Source: Vulcanimicrobiota bacterium (GTDB lineage: Bacteria; Vulcanimicrobiota; Vulcanimicrobiia; Vulcanimicrobiales; Vulcanimicrobiaceae). From it: DNA of 64,000 bases. Under the pieces are notes generated by a model, which was given only the letters and a program-made list of their open reading frames with translations, was not told where the DNA came from and made no database searches. Location: the NCBI GenBank assembly GCA_963786105.1, contig CAWAXX010000012.1, forward strand, positions 160,001 through 224,000. The letters run 5' to 3'. This document shows, one piece after another, positions 38,404 to 48,801 of the stretch; the stretch's first letter is position 1; each line of letters opens with the position of its first letter. The position numbers and the translations under genes are program-made.

Positions 38404-39909
38404 CTACGCGGGGTCGAAGGCGCCGGAAAGAATCATGCTTTCGGAGAGATCGCGGGCTCGGCGGTAGCGCGTCCGCGACTCATCGCTCGCATTCGGCGGC
38501 AGTTCGTCGAGGATGCGTTCGAGTTCTTTATCGAACATCGTGGCGAGGGACGGCGGCGTGTACGCTCCGGGAAAACGCAGGCGCTGTGCGATCATCAGGC
38601 GGTAGATTCGGTCGGTCGCCAGGTCTTCCATGTAGCCGTCGAGCAGGCTGGCGCCCTTGCCCTCGAGGACGCCGTTGCGGTAACGAATGACGGTACGTAC
38701 GGCAGCCCGCGTTCCCTCGAGCGTCGTCGTGCCGACTCCCGCCGGCGCCGGGCGCAGATCGGGGCGGTCGCCGTCGAGCACCGGTCTTCGCTCGATCTGA
38801 TTCGGAAACGGGAAGGCCGCGACGGCGATCGCGTTCTGATCGGGGTGACCGGTCCAGGCGCCATCCATCAAGCACGACGCTTCGTTCTTTTTGTCGCGTT
38901 CGAGCACGGCCAACGCGCGCGCGTTCAACTCGGCATCCTCGCGGCTGGGGTAGAGCGCGGTCATACCGCCGATCGCCAGTGCGCCGTGCTTGTGCGTGAC
39001 TTCCGGCAAGATCGTGCGTAGCCGCTGAAAGAAGGGTACGTCGATCGGAATGGTATTTCGGTCGGGAAGCACCCAGCCGGGGTCGGTGAGGTTGAAGTGG
39101 ATCAGGCTGGCCATATAGTCCCAGCGCCCTAAGTTCAGTCCCAAAATGTAGTCGTGCAGGTTGAATAGGAACTCTTCCATTTGATACGCGAGCGGATGAG
39201 ATTCAACCAGGGCCATGGCCTTGATCGAGCCGGGTTGCCAGCCCGTCGCCGAGACCAGGGCGTCGAACACGGCTTTCCACCAAAGCGCTTCGTCGGCGGC
39301 CTCGGATTTCGGGATGTAGATGCATAACGGGTGTTTGAGGCGCGAAGGCTCGATGCGAAATGCCAGCAGCGCCAGGTCGAAAAGCGACGCACTGGTGAGT
39401 TCGTTCTCAAGAATACCGGATTGCGAAAGATGCAGGCCTCGAACGCGATTCCATACGACGGTATTTCCAGGCGCGATGCCGACCGTGGAACCGCGCTTCG
39501 CATCGTCGTACGTGAGCTCCCCGTAGAGCGCCGCCACGATATTCGAATGACCGAGCATGAGGTGATCCCACGTGTTGGCCATCGAATCTTCGAGATCGAG
39601 CATCACGCCGGGTGCGCCCGAGTTGAGCATCTTGACGACCAACTCGGCGTCGTCGGCCGGCCCGGTCATCTGGTTGCGCTGGTCGGAACACCATGCGGGC
39701 AAATCGATTTGCCACGCGCGGGTCGTTGCATCGGAAGGCGGCAAGTACGTGGGCAAGTCGCCGGCATGCGCTCGTGCGAGACGCTCCGCTCGCGCCTGCG
39801 TTAACCGTCGCTGCTCGGGGGAAAATCGCGCGTGCAGCGGAGCGTAGAACTCTGCGAACCCGACCGGCAAGTCGCGGTCGAGCGCAAAACCGGCGGGAGC
39901 GACGTTCAC
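38404..39909 (-). CDS. aceB: Malate synthase
   Basis: [48 protein letters not shown]. Confidence 0.93.
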   Translation of the reverse strand: MNVAPAGFALDRDLPVGFAEFYAPLHARFSPEQRRLTQARAERLARAHAGDLPTYLPPSDATTRAWQIDLPAWCSDQRNQMTGPADDAELVVKMLNSGAPGVMLDLEDSMANTWDHLMLGHSNIVAALYGELTYDDAKRGSTVGIAPGNTVVWNRVRGLHLSQSGILENELTSASLFDLALLAFRIEPSRLKHPLCIYIPKSEAADEALWWKAVFDALVSATGWQPGSIKAMALVESHPLAYQMEEFLFNLHDYILGLNLGRWDYMASLIHFNLTDPGWVLPDRNTIPIDVPFFQRLRTILPEVTHKHGALAIGGMTALYPSREDAELNARALAVLERDKKNEASCLMDGAWTGHPDQNAIAVAAFPFPNQIERRPVLDGDRPDLRPAPAGVGTTTLEGTRAAVRTVIRYRNGVLEGKGASLLDGYMEDLATDRIYRLMIAQRLRFPGAYTPPSLATMFDKELERILDELPPNASDESRTRYRRARDLSESMILSGAFDPA

Positions 39910-41213
39910 GTAGCGCTGATGGCGGCTTTGCCGTTTTCGTAGAACTGATCGGTCTCGGTCGAGCCTTTCAGCGCGGTGGTCGAGCTGCGCCCTTCGCCGA
40001 TGACCGTCGCAACTTCATCGAAGTATCCGGTTCCGACCTCGCGCTGATGCCGGGTCGCGGTGTATCCATCGGCGGCGGCCGCAAACTCATCTTCTTGGAA
40101 GTCGGCATACGCCGTCATGCCGCGCGCTTTGAAATCGTGGGCCAATCGAAAGAAACTGTAGTTAAGCGCATGAAAACCAGCCAGCGTGATGAACTGAAAC
40201 TTATACCCCATCGCGTTGAGCCGTTCGCGAAACGTCGCGATCGATTGTTCGTCGAGTTTCTTCTTCCAGTTGAACGACGGCGAGCAGTTATACGCCAGCA
40301 GCTTGCCGGGATACGCGCTGCGAATAGCCTCGGCAAAACGTTGCGCCTCCTCGAGGCTCGGCTCCGAGGTTTCCATCCATATTAAGTCGGCGTACGGAGC
40401 GTAGGCTAAACCGCGCGCGATGCAAGCGTCCATGCCGGCGCGCATGACGAAAAATCCCTCGGCGGTGCGTTCGCCGGTGATAAACGCGCGGTCGACCGGG
40501 TCGACGTCGCTGGTAATGAGCTTAGCGGCGCCGGCGTCGGTACGCGCGACGACGATCGTCGGTACGTCGAGGACGTCGGCCGCCAGACGCGCGGCCACTA
40601 AATGACGCACGGCCTGCTGGGTCGGAATCAGCACCTTCCCGCCGAGATGTCCGCATTTCTTTTCCGAGCTGAGCTGATCTTCGAAATGCACGCCGGCCGC
40701 GCCGGCCGTAATCATGGCCTTCATCAACTCGAAGACGTTGAGCGGACCGCCGAAACCGGCTTCCGCGTCGGCCACGATGGGAAGGTACCAGTGCGCGCCG
40801 CCGCGGCCTTCGAGCGACTCGATCTGATCGAGTCGCGACAACGCGTTGTTGATGCGTCCGACGAGCGCCGGGACGCTGTTGACCGGATAAAGACTCTGGT
40901 CGGGATACATCTCGCCGGCGACGTTGGCATCGGCGGCCACTTGCCAGCCGCTGCAATAAACGGCGCTTAAGCCGGCGCGTGCAGCCTGCACCGCCTGATT
41001 GCCGGTGAGCGCGCCCAGCGCGGTCGTGGCATCCTCCCCTTGGAGCATGTCCCAGAGGCGCTCGGCGCCCATGCGTGCTAGCGTATGCTCGGCCACGACG
41101 CTGCCTTGAATCCTTACGACGTCGGCGGCGGCGTAACGCCTCTTGACGCCCTTCCAGCGAGTCGCATCGGCCCACTTGCGTTCGATGCCCTCGGCGCGCT
41201 CGGTAGTATTCAC
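39906..41213 (-). CDS. aceA: Isocitrate lyase
   Basis: [55 protein letters not shown]. Confidence 0.98.
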   Translation of the reverse strand: MNTTERAEGIERKWADATRWKGVKRRYAAADVVRIQGSVVAEHTLARMGAERLWDMLQGEDATTALGALTGNQAVQAARAGLSAVYCSGWQVAADANVAGEMYPDQSLYPVNSVPALVGRINNALSRLDQIESLEGRGGAHWYLPIVADAEAGFGGPLNVFELMKAMITAGAAGVHFEDQLSSEKKCGHLGGKVLIPTQQAVRHLVAARLAADVLDVPTIVVARTDAGAAKLITSDVDPVDRAFITGERTAEGFFVMRAGMDACIARGLAYAPYADLIWMETSEPSLEEAQRFAEAIRSAYPGKLLAYNCSPSFNWKKKLDEQSIATFRERLNAMGYKFQFITLAGFHALNYSFFRLAHDFKARGMTAYADFQEDEFAAAADGYTATRHQREVGTGYFDEVATVIGEGRSSTTALKGSTETDQFYENGKAAISAT

Positions 41214-41277
41214 CTCTTACAGCCTCCATCGTGTTTTTAAAGAAAGATCGTCAAGATTGGATCGGTCTGGCACAATC

Positions 41278-41305
41278 TTTGGACTAATACATTGGATGGT
41301 CCAAA
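41278..41305. promoter_or_regulatory. Putative transcription-factor operator upstream of aceA
   Basis: Palindrome TTGGA-tgg-TCCAA (41292-41304) nested in TTTGGAC-N14-GTCCAAA, with further TTGGAT/TTGGAC half-sites nearby. Confidence 0.5.
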
Positions 41306-41348
41306 ACTGATCGTTGGATGGTTGGTTTGGACCTGATGCCGGCGATTC

Positions 41349-42851
41349 CTATCGCAGAATCTCGAAAAGCTGGTGATAGGAATCGAGCGGTATCGGCGCT
41401 TCCGCACCCGGAACGTCGCGGACCGCGCGCGGGTTGACCAAGACGAACACGCGTTGGGCCTTTGCCCAGGTTCGATACGCGCCGGTTTGTGCCGGATCCC
41501 ATCCCGACACGATGATGCGATCGGGGAGCGAACGATCCGCGTACGCGCCGTAGGCTAACGACGTCGCGTCGAGCCAACCGTCCACCACCAGCACGCTCCC
41601 CGGTGGAACGACCGGTCGTACCGCATCGATGACCCAACGGCCGCCTTCCCGAGCGGCGTGAACGAAAAATCCTCGATGTGCGGTAAACGCGATGCCGGTC
41701 CCGACGGCAAGAAACGCCATGAGACCGGCTCGCACCAAACGCACGCCGACGTCTACCGAGGACCGCACGACGGCGATGGAACCGATCAGCGGTACCGTCA
41801 GCCAAAGTGCCATCAAGCGATAGCGCCCGACGTCGGCTTCGTTCGGGTAGGTAACGGAGAAGATCAGCGCCGTCGTGCAGGCCGTGCACAGGAATAGCGT
41901 CGTGCGCCAATCGCGTTTCCACGCCGCGACCGCGCCGGCCACGACGAGGAGCAAAACCACCGCACCGAACTGTTCGGTAATACCGCCGACGAATGCGCCT
42001 ACGGCATCTTGGAGGTGTATCGGATTGAAGGATGCGAGAAAAAAGTGCGGCGCGTCCGATTCGGTGCCTGTCAAGGTGCGAAGAAACCCCGCCGGCGTGC
42101 TGGGATTGTTGTAGTTCCAGAAGATCCCGCCGTTCGTACCAGCGAGCGCGTGGGTAGGATCGAGTCCGCGCGCGACCACGCATGCCGAACGCAGCGGTAA
42201 GTAGAGATACAATGACAACCCGGCGAGCGTCAACGCGAATCCGCCTACGACTTGGCGCAACGCCGGCCGCGGTATTGCCACGACGGCACCGATCGCAAAA
42301 CCCGGTAGAAGCCACACGGCATTGGGGTGTGCTGCAACCCCCAGACCGAAGGCTGCGAACGCGCCGGCAAACCAACGATCGCCGCTACCCTTCATCCATC
42401 GCAGGAATGCGTAGACGGCGACGGCCTCGCAGGCCACGGCGAGGTCCTGCGCTTCGGCGCGCGCGGCGTGCGACCAAACGTCCTGCGTGAACGCAAACCA
42501 CAAAGTCGCGAGCAACGCGATCGGGCGCCACGCACCAAGTTCGACGGCAACCGCGTACGCGACCAGCGCGGCGGCGGCCACCGCAATGCCGGAAAACGCA
42601 TTGAGCCGAAAGGCGATCGAGCCGAGCGGCAGCAGATGCGACCACGCGTACCCGAGCAACACGTAGAACGGAAAGCCGGTCGGATGCGTGATGCCGAGAA
42701 TGTATGGGACGCCCTGCAACTCGGCCGTGTCCCACGAAGCGGGCTCGTGCGACGCGCTCGCAATGTAGACGACGGCCGGAACCAAAAACGCCGCAACGTC
42801 GCAGAGAAGCCGCGCACTCGGCGCCGCCTTCTCGTGCAACCGCTGCCACAC
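41349..42851 (-). CDS. DUF2723 / TMEM260-like GT-C membrane protein
   Basis: WDTAELQ...LGITHPTGFPFY, AFRLNAFS, WSHAARAE, YLYLPLR. Confidence 0.82.
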   Translation of the reverse strand: MWQRLHEKAAPSARLLCDVAAFLVPAVVYIASASHEPASWDTAELQGVPYILGITHPTGFPFYVLLGYAWSHLLPLGSIAFRLNAFSGIAVAAAALVAYAVAVELGAWRPIALLATLWFAFTQDVWSHAARAEAQDLAVACEAVAVYAFLRWMKGSGDRWFAGAFAAFGLGVAAHPNAVWLLPGFAIGAVVAIPRPALRQVVGGFALTLAGLSLYLYLPLRSACVVARGLDPTHALAGTNGGIFWNYNNPSTPAGFLRTLTGTESDAPHFFLASFNPIHLQDAVGAFVGGITEQFGAVVLLLVVAGAVAAWKRDWRTTLFLCTACTTALIFSVTYPNEADVGRYRLMALWLTVPLIGSIAVVRSSVDVGVRLVRAGLMAFLAVGTGIAFTAHRGFFVHAAREGGRWVIDAVRPVVPPGSVLVVDGWLDATSLAYGAYADRSLPDRIIVSGWDPAQTGAYRTWAKAQRVFVLVNPRAVRDVPGAEAPIPLDSYHQLFEILR

Positions 42852-42857
42852 GATCGC

Positions 42858-45800
42858 TTAGCGACCTCCCAGCGTCGGCAGCGGCAGCGACGGACGCGTC
42901 GAGAGATCCGGGCGCACTTCCGCGTGCCCTTCGAGCGCGCGGTCCATAAGCTCCAACGCCAGATCCAGTTGCGGATCTTTGCCGTCGCGGTAGTCGTGCG
43001 GCGCAACGTCGACGTCGTGGTCGGGGTCCGTGCCGTAGTTCTCAACCCGCCAGCCGACGTCGACGAACCAAAACGAAAACTCCGGCTGCGTCGTGAGCGT
43101 GCCGTCCACGAGATAGTGGTACGGATCGATGCCGATGACGCCGCCCCACGTGCGCTTCCCGACCAGCGGTCCGAGACGGTACAGCTTGAAACAGTGGCTG
43201 AAGATGTCGCCATCCGATCCGGCAAACTGATTGGTCATCGCGACGATCGGGCCGCCGACCGATTCCGGCGGATATGGGACCGGCGCTCCGTAGCGCGGGG
43301 TGTCGTAGCCGACGCGCTTGCGCGCGAGCTTCTCCAAGAGAAGCGACGACACGTGACCGCCGCGGTTATATCGAACGTCGACGATCAGTCCTTGGCGATC
43401 GAACTCACTGAGATATCCGCGATGGAACTCCGAAAATCCCCACGGTCCCATATCGGGAATATGCAGGTAGCCGACGCGTTCTCCGGTTCGTTGGTGCACC
43501 GTACGCCGGTTGGCTTCGACCCAGGCACGGTAACGCAGCGCTCCTTCGCTCGCCAGCGCTTTGACCAACACCGTTCGTTCTTCGTCTTTGCGCGAACGCA
43601 GCGTAACCGACACGTCGCGACCCGACGTGTTGACCAAGAGACGATCCGGCGTAACGTCGCGCGACAGGCGTTTTCCGCCGATCGCGACCACGACGTCGCC
43701 TTCGCGCACCGCGAGACCGGGCTCGGCCAACGGCGAATCGGTATCGCGATTCCACGAATCGCCGCGATAGATGTGATCGATGCGGTATCCACTGCGGTCT
43801 TCGTCCCACGTCAGGTCGGCGCCGAGAAAGCCGCGTTGATATTGCGGCGGAACGCGGTAGTCGCCTCCATATTCGTAAGCGTGCGACGTTCCGAGCTCGC
43901 CTTGCATCTCCCAAATAAGATCCGAAAGCTCGCCCCGCGTCCGCACGCGCGGGAGTACCGCACGGTAGCGGTCGTACACGCGGTCCCAGTCGATGTCGCT
44001 CATGTCCTCGACCCAGAACTGCTCGGTCTGCAAGCGCCAAGCTTCGCGATACATCTGCGCCCATTCGTCGCGCGGAACGATCTCCACGTCGGCGCGATCG
44101 AGGTCGATCCAGCCGCTCTTGCGCCCCGGCTCGGCAGGCGGCTTCTGTTCGTCACCTTCCTCGGGCAGGTCGGCAAGGCCGTCGATGGCGCGCAAACGAT
44201 CCTGCGTGCGGTAGATGACCGTTCGGCCGTCGGCGCTCAAACGAATGTCGTCGCAGTCCGCGGTAATCGTCGCGAGCCGCTGCTGTTCGAAATCGTAGGC
44301 GAGGAGCGAACCTCCGGCCGGCTCTTCACGATCCTCGCGGCGGGTCGGCTTAATTCCCTTGATCGGATAGCGCGTAAAGAGCACGCGATCGCGAAGCGCC
44401 ACGATGGTATCGTACTCGCCCTCGTCGACCGGAAATCCGAGCACGCGGCCGGCGATCCCTTCGAAATCGATGTCGACGTCGACGGTTTTGAGAGGCTTCT
44501 TCCCGTCGTCGCGATCGTGGTCGTGGTCGCGATGGATTGGTTTCGGCGGCGGCACGAACGGGGACGGCACGTCGTCGCGCAGCGTCACGACGAATGGACG
44601 TCCGGCTTGCGGAAAGCTCAACTCGAATTGCAGTGCGTCGTACACGGGATTGAAGTCGCGCGTCGAGATGAAGTAGAGATACTTCCCCTCCGGATCCCAG
44701 ACCGGCGACTGGTCGACGCGCAGCGGCGACGTCACGTCGTGGATTTTTCCGGAGCGAACTTTGACGATCCGCACGATGGACGTTCCCTGCGTGGGCCACC
44801 AGACGTATGCGAGAAATCGGCCGTCGGGCGAGAAGGCGACGTCGTGGATGCGATGTGAGGGGCAGGTGTCGAGAACGCGCACCTTCGCGTCGTCCAGATC
44901 CAGCACGCACAGTTCGTGACGGTGATTGGCAAACGCAACCACATCGCCGGCCGGCGAGCACGCGAGATCGGTCACGCGTCCAATATCGCCGGTGGTAACG
45001 AGCTTCGGCGTCTGCGGTGCGTCGGTACGATAGACGGCGATCTGTTCGTAGCCGCCGGCGTCGGTCACGCACGCGAAGCGCTTTCCGTCGCTCAGCCACT
45101 CCGTGAGGCGCAGACGCGCCGCGCTGCCGGCACCGTGGTGCAGGACGGCACCATCGAAGAGCGGCATCGTGAACGCCTGCCCGCGTGAGACGAAAGCGAG
45201 ACGCGTTCCATCCGGATGCGGCGCGAAATGCTCGAGCGACTCCGAAACGCGTTCGAATCGGCGAACCGTCTGCGGCGCCGCCGAATGCGTCTCGATGCGA
45301 AGTTTTCGCACGCCGGCGGCGGCCACGTCGAGGCACCCGATTTCTCCGCCGGCGGAATACACGATGCGACTACCGTCGCTCGAGGGGAACCGAACGTAGT
45401 ATTCGGTTTCGTCGGTGTGGCGTTGCACGTCGAGGCCGCCGGCGGCACACGAATAGATATTGCCGATGCCTTCGTGGTCCGCCAGGAAGAAGATGCGGTC
45501 GCCGATCGGCATGGGCCACGTCGGATTTCCGTCGGGTAGCGCAAGCCGCTCGAACGTTCCAGTTCCATTCGAATCGACCCAAATTTCGCCGGCCGTGCCG
45601 CCGCGATAACGCTTCCAGCGGGCAGGATCGGCGGCATTCCGCCCGATCGCCGTTCCGCCCTCGGGCGTCGCCGCGAACGAGCGCGCGTGACCGAGGTTCA
45701 GCTCGCGTACGCCGCCGTTCCGGGTAATGGCGAACGGCCGCGTTTGCTCGTCCCACGTGGTCGGGTTGGCGACGAAATAGATCTCGCTACCGTCGCGACT

Positions 45801-46082
45801 CCAGCCGCTGACGGCCGCTTGGGCCGCACCCAGAAACGTGAGCCGTTGCGGTACTCCGCCGCTCGCCGGCATAAGGTAGACTTCCGGGTTGCCCTCGTCC
45901 GTCGAGACGAACGCGATCGATTGCCCGTCCGGCGAGAAACGTGGAAACGAACACATGCCGAAACTGACCGTCAAACGCGTGGCGGTTCCACCGTCCGCCG
46001 CGACGCTCCAAAGGTCGTCCTCGCAAACGAAGACGATGCGGTCGCCGGCTATCGTCGGATAGCGATAATATCCCTGGTCCAT
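42858..46082 (-). CDS. Tricorn protease homologue (S41 family)
   Basis: GYYRYPTI, WKRYRGGTAG, ELGTSHAY, PDZ, DVRYNRGG, AGSDGD, GKRTWGGV. Confidence 0.95.
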   Translation of the reverse strand: MDQGYYRYPTIAGDRIVFVCEDDLWSVAADGGTATRLTVSFGMCSFPRFSPDGQSIAFVSTDEGNPEVYLMPASGGVPQRLTFLGAAQAAVSGWSRDGSEIYFVANPTTWDEQTRPFAITRNGGVRELNLGHARSFAATPEGGTAIGRNAADPARWKRYRGGTAGEIWVDSNGTGTFERLALPDGNPTWPMPIGDRIFFLADHEGIGNIYSCAAGGLDVQRHTDETEYYVRFPSSDGSRIVYSAGGEIGCLDVAAAGVRKLRIETHSAAPQTVRRFERVSESLEHFAPHPDGTRLAFVSRGQAFTMPLFDGAVLHHGAGSAARLRLTEWLSDGKRFACVTDAGGYEQIAVYRTDAPQTPKLVTTGDIGRVTDLACSPAGDVVAFANHRHELCVLDLDDAKVRVLDTCPSHRIHDVAFSPDGRFLAYVWWPTQGTSIVRIVKVRSGKIHDVTSPLRVDQSPVWDPEGKYLYFISTRDFNPVYDALQFELSFPQAGRPFVVTLRDDVPSPFVPPPKPIHRDHDHDRDDGKKPLKTVDVDIDFEGIAGRVLGFPVDEGEYDTIVALRDRVLFTRYPIKGIKPTRREDREEPAGGSLLAYDFEQQRLATITADCDDIRLSADGRTVIYRTQDRLRAIDGLADLPEEGDEQKPPAEPGRKSGWIDLDRADVEIVPRDEWAQMYREAWRLQTEQFWVEDMSDIDWDRVYDRYRAVLPRVRTRGELSDLIWEMQGELGTSHAYEYGGDYRVPPQYQRGFLGADLTWDEDRSGYRIDHIYRGDSWNRDTDSPLAEPGLAVREGDVVVAIGGKRLSRDVTPDRLLVNTSGRDVSVTLRSRKDEERTVLVKALASEGALRYRAWVEANRRTVHQRTGERVGYLHIPDMGPWGFSEFHRGYLSEFDRQGLIVDVRYNRGGHVSSLLLEKLARKRVGYDTPRYGAPVPYPPESVGGPIVAMTNQFAGSDGDIFSHCFKLYRLGPLVGKRTWGGVIGIDPYHYLVDGTLTTQPEFSFWFVDVGWRVENYGTDPDHDVDVAPHDYRDGKDPQLDLALELMDRALEGHAEVRPDLSTRPSLPLPTLGGR

Positions 46083-46143
46083 GTCGAGGACGGTCCTTGG
46101 CGATGCGGGAGGCGCCTCCCGCTTCCTACGTGGCCGGGGGCGA

Positions 46144-47550
46144 CTACGGTTTGCGCGGCATCGCACCCTCGACGTGCAGCAAGCGACCCAGCGCGGCGAC
46201 CAGCTTGCGAGCGTTTTCCAGCTGCGTGAATGCCGGAACGAGGGTCGGCGTCGGCGTGCGGCGTTCGAGCGGCAATACCGGCCCGCCCGGGCTGAACTGC
46301 GTCGACGAATAGCCTGCCAGGCTGCGAAAGAGCAGTTCCGCGCCGAGTGCGTTTGCCCAGCCGAACTCGCCGCGCGTGTACCGCCAATAGCCGTCGTCGT
46401 AAAAGCTCTCGTGAATCATTCCGGACTCGCCGTCGGTCTCGGCCAGCGTCGTAATCGCTTCGGCGACCTCCTTCGAGCCGGTCGCCGTCAGGGCGCGGCC
46501 GATAATGCCGAGAGGCCACACGTAGTTCGGTGGTGTGTGTGGGCTTCCGAGCCCTTCGGCATATCGCCCGGAAAAGTAAAACGGGTTGTCGTGGCTCAGC
46601 GTGAAGGCGCGCGTGTTGAGATACGTCGGGTCGAAGGCCGAACACCAGTCGATGTACGGCAAGGTCGTGAGATTCGGCAAGTTTGCGTCGTCCATAAGGT
46701 TGTAGCGACCGTATCCGTCCGTCTCGTAAGCATACATCCAGACGCGCCGCGCGGCGTTATAAAAACGGCCGTGGAGCTGAATTCCGGTCTGCACGCGCTC
46801 GGCGAGCCCGCGCGCGTTTGCAGCCAGCTCGGCGTCGCCGTAGCCGCGCGCCGCCAGCACTTCGATTTCGTGGAGGGCCACCACGGCCAGCGCGTTTTGC
46901 GGAACGTTGAACCGGTACTGAACCGGATCGTCCGACGGCCGAAACGCACCCCAAATCATTCCGGTTCCCTCGGCGTACGCTCCGTTGGTATGAACGTAAT
47001 ACGGGTAAACGTAACTGCTGCAGTGGCGATGGTGCTGTTCGCAGGCATAGGTCGAAACGATCTTTCGCAGCGCGACGTGGAGCTCCTGAGTAAAGATGGT
47101 ACGATCGCGGCTGACGCGCCAATAGACCCACGTCAAAACGACCGGCCACGCCAGTGAATCCACCTCCCATTTGCGTTCCCAAACGTGATAGTCTGCCTGA
47201 AACGCATTGGCGTACGCGTCGGTTGCAATATTTCGTGCGTTGCGCTCGATAACGCCCGCAAAACGGCCTCGCAAAATAGGAAAAGCCGTCTGGAATCGCA
47301 CGTACGGAATGGCCTGGGCCGACGAGTCTCGCAGCCACATCGCGGGAATGTCGCCGGTTTGTACGTACGTCGTAGCGTCGTCTTCCAAAAAGAAGTCGCT
47401 GAACAACGTGTGAAAGAGTCGCTCGGGTTCGACGTCGTGCACCCGCTTGCCGGTCAGCGGTACGACCAGGGCCTGCGCCCCGGCGGGTTGCGGCAGGCTC
47501 AACGCCGGCCATACGGCAAGCGCGCAGAAGAGCAACCGAAGACATCTCAT
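46144..47550 (-). CDS. Glycoside hydrolase family 125 (exo-alpha-1,6-mannosidase-like), secreted
   Basis: TGDIPAMWLRDSSAQ, WERKWEVDS, FRPSDD, MDDANLP, GSPHT, HESF, FGWAN. Confidence 0.93.
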   Translation of the reverse strand: MRCLRLLFCALAVWPALSLPQPAGAQALVVPLTGKRVHDVEPERLFHTLFSDFFLEDDATTYVQTGDIPAMWLRDSSAQAIPYVRFQTAFPILRGRFAGVIERNARNIATDAYANAFQADYHVWERKWEVDSLAWPVVLTWVYWRVSRDRTIFTQELHVALRKIVSTYACEQHHRHCSSYVYPYYVHTNGAYAEGTGMIWGAFRPSDDPVQYRFNVPQNALAVVALHEIEVLAARGYGDAELAANARGLAERVQTGIQLHGRFYNAARRVWMYAYETDGYGRYNLMDDANLPNLTTLPYIDWCSAFDPTYLNTRAFTLSHDNPFYFSGRYAEGLGSPHTPPNYVWPLGIIGRALTATGSKEVAEAITTLAETDGESGMIHESFYDDGYWRYTRGEFGWANALGAELLFRSLAGYSSTQFSPGGPVLPLERRTPTPTLVPAFTQLENARKLVAALGRLLHVEGAMPRKP

Positions 47551-48797
47551 TCGACGGGCATCAACGACAAGGACTCGATAGCTTCGTCTTTGCGGTATCC
47601 GACGGTTGCCCACCATTGGCCGGACGAAAACGTCAAGCGGTATTTATCGTACGTCGCGCCGCGCGCGGTGGAGCGCTCGATGAATTCCACGGATTGGAGG
47701 GCGCCGAAGGAGGCGTAGCGTGTACTCCGGACGACTTCTTTCAACTCGGACGTTATACGCAGATTCTCGTTCTGTGGCGGCTGCGGCGCCGATCCCGACA
47801 GGTTTCGGTCTAAGGGTTCGTCCAAAATCGCAACGACGCTCTCGGCCAATGGCGTCAAATCGACCGCTTCTGCGTTCGTGAGAACGGCGATCTCTAACCC
47901 GTCCTGTAGCACGAGCGCGTCTTCGGCGGAAAAGCCGGCGACGTATCCCGGATGCTCGGCGACGGTGTAACCGAACCAGTTGGCAATAAAGAACCCGAAG
48001 CCGTAGTGGATCGGCGCGCCGTTTGCGAGCTTGCCGGTCGCCGTCATCGTTGCAAACGAGCTCGGCGGAACGATGCGCCCGGCGCGCAAATCCTCGAGCC
48101 AATTCAGAAGGTCGGCGGCGTTCGAAACCAGTCCGGCCGAAGCGCAGCCGGCATCGTCGATTCGGCCCTCGTACGGCATCGTTTCCTGCCGGCCGGCATG
48201 CCACGTGTAACCCCGCGCGACATTCTGCGCAAAAGGCGAAGGCGTGCAGGCGGTCGAGAGGAGTGAAAGGGGGCCGGTGATCCGGGCGCGCAGGAGCGCC
48301 GAATATCCGGAGCCGGTCACGGCGTGTAACAGCGTTCCGAGCAAATCGTAGTTGGCGTTGCTGTAGAGCCACGCAGTACCCGGATCGAAGGCGAGCGTCG
48401 CGTGGCTCGCATCGGTTGCCGGCGCGATGCCGCTGGTTTGGTCGAGCAACTGTCCGATCGTCACGGTTGTCGTACCGTCGATCGCCGACGGAAGATACGA
48501 GCCTAAGGAACGATTCAGCGCCACCCGTCCAGCCGCCGCCTCCTGCATCACCATCGCTGCGGTAAACTGCTTGGCCAGCGAGCCTGCGCGATAGATCGTG
48601 TAGCCGTCGGGCGACTGGCCGGTAGCTGCATTGCGCCGGCCATACCCGCGCAAGTACAAGCGCGTGCCCTTGCGCGCAATTCCCAGCGAAAGACCGGCAA
48701 CGTGCTGCTCGCGCATCACCCGGCCGACGATTGCGTCGACCTGCGCTCGTTGCGCGTGCGAGAGCGAGAGGGCACCCGCCAACACCAGATGCGTCAC
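47547..48797 (-). CDS. Beta-lactamase-like serine hydrolase (catalytic motifs intact)
   Basis: GSLAKQF (SxxK), YSNANY (YxN), HPG. Confidence 0.9.
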   Translation of the reverse strand: MTHLVLAGALSLSHAQRAQVDAIVGRVMREQHVAGLSLGIARKGTRLYLRGYGRRNAATGQSPDGYTIYRAGSLAKQFTAAMVMQEAAAGRVALNRSLGSYLPSAIDGTTTVTIGQLLDQTSGIAPATDASHATLAFDPGTAWLYSNANYDLLGTLLHAVTGSGYSALLRARITGPLSLLSTACTPSPFAQNVARGYTWHAGRQETMPYEGRIDDAGCASAGLVSNAADLLNWLEDLRAGRIVPPSSFATMTATGKLANGAPIHYGFGFFIANWFGYTVAEHPGYVAGFSAEDALVLQDGLEIAVLTNAEAVDLTPLAESVVAILDEPLDRNLSGSAPQPPQNENLRITSELKEVVRSTRYASFGALQSVEFIERSTARGATYDKYRLTFSSGQWWATVGYRKDEAIESLSLMPVE

Positions 48798-48801
48798 GTC
48801 T

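Noticed and set aside
42327..44858. 843-aa + strand ORF and other long antisense ORFs (e.g. 51104-52945, 2808-4064, 25230-26576)
   Set aside because: Shadow ORFs opposite well-supported genes, typical of high-GC DNA; no recognisable motifs.
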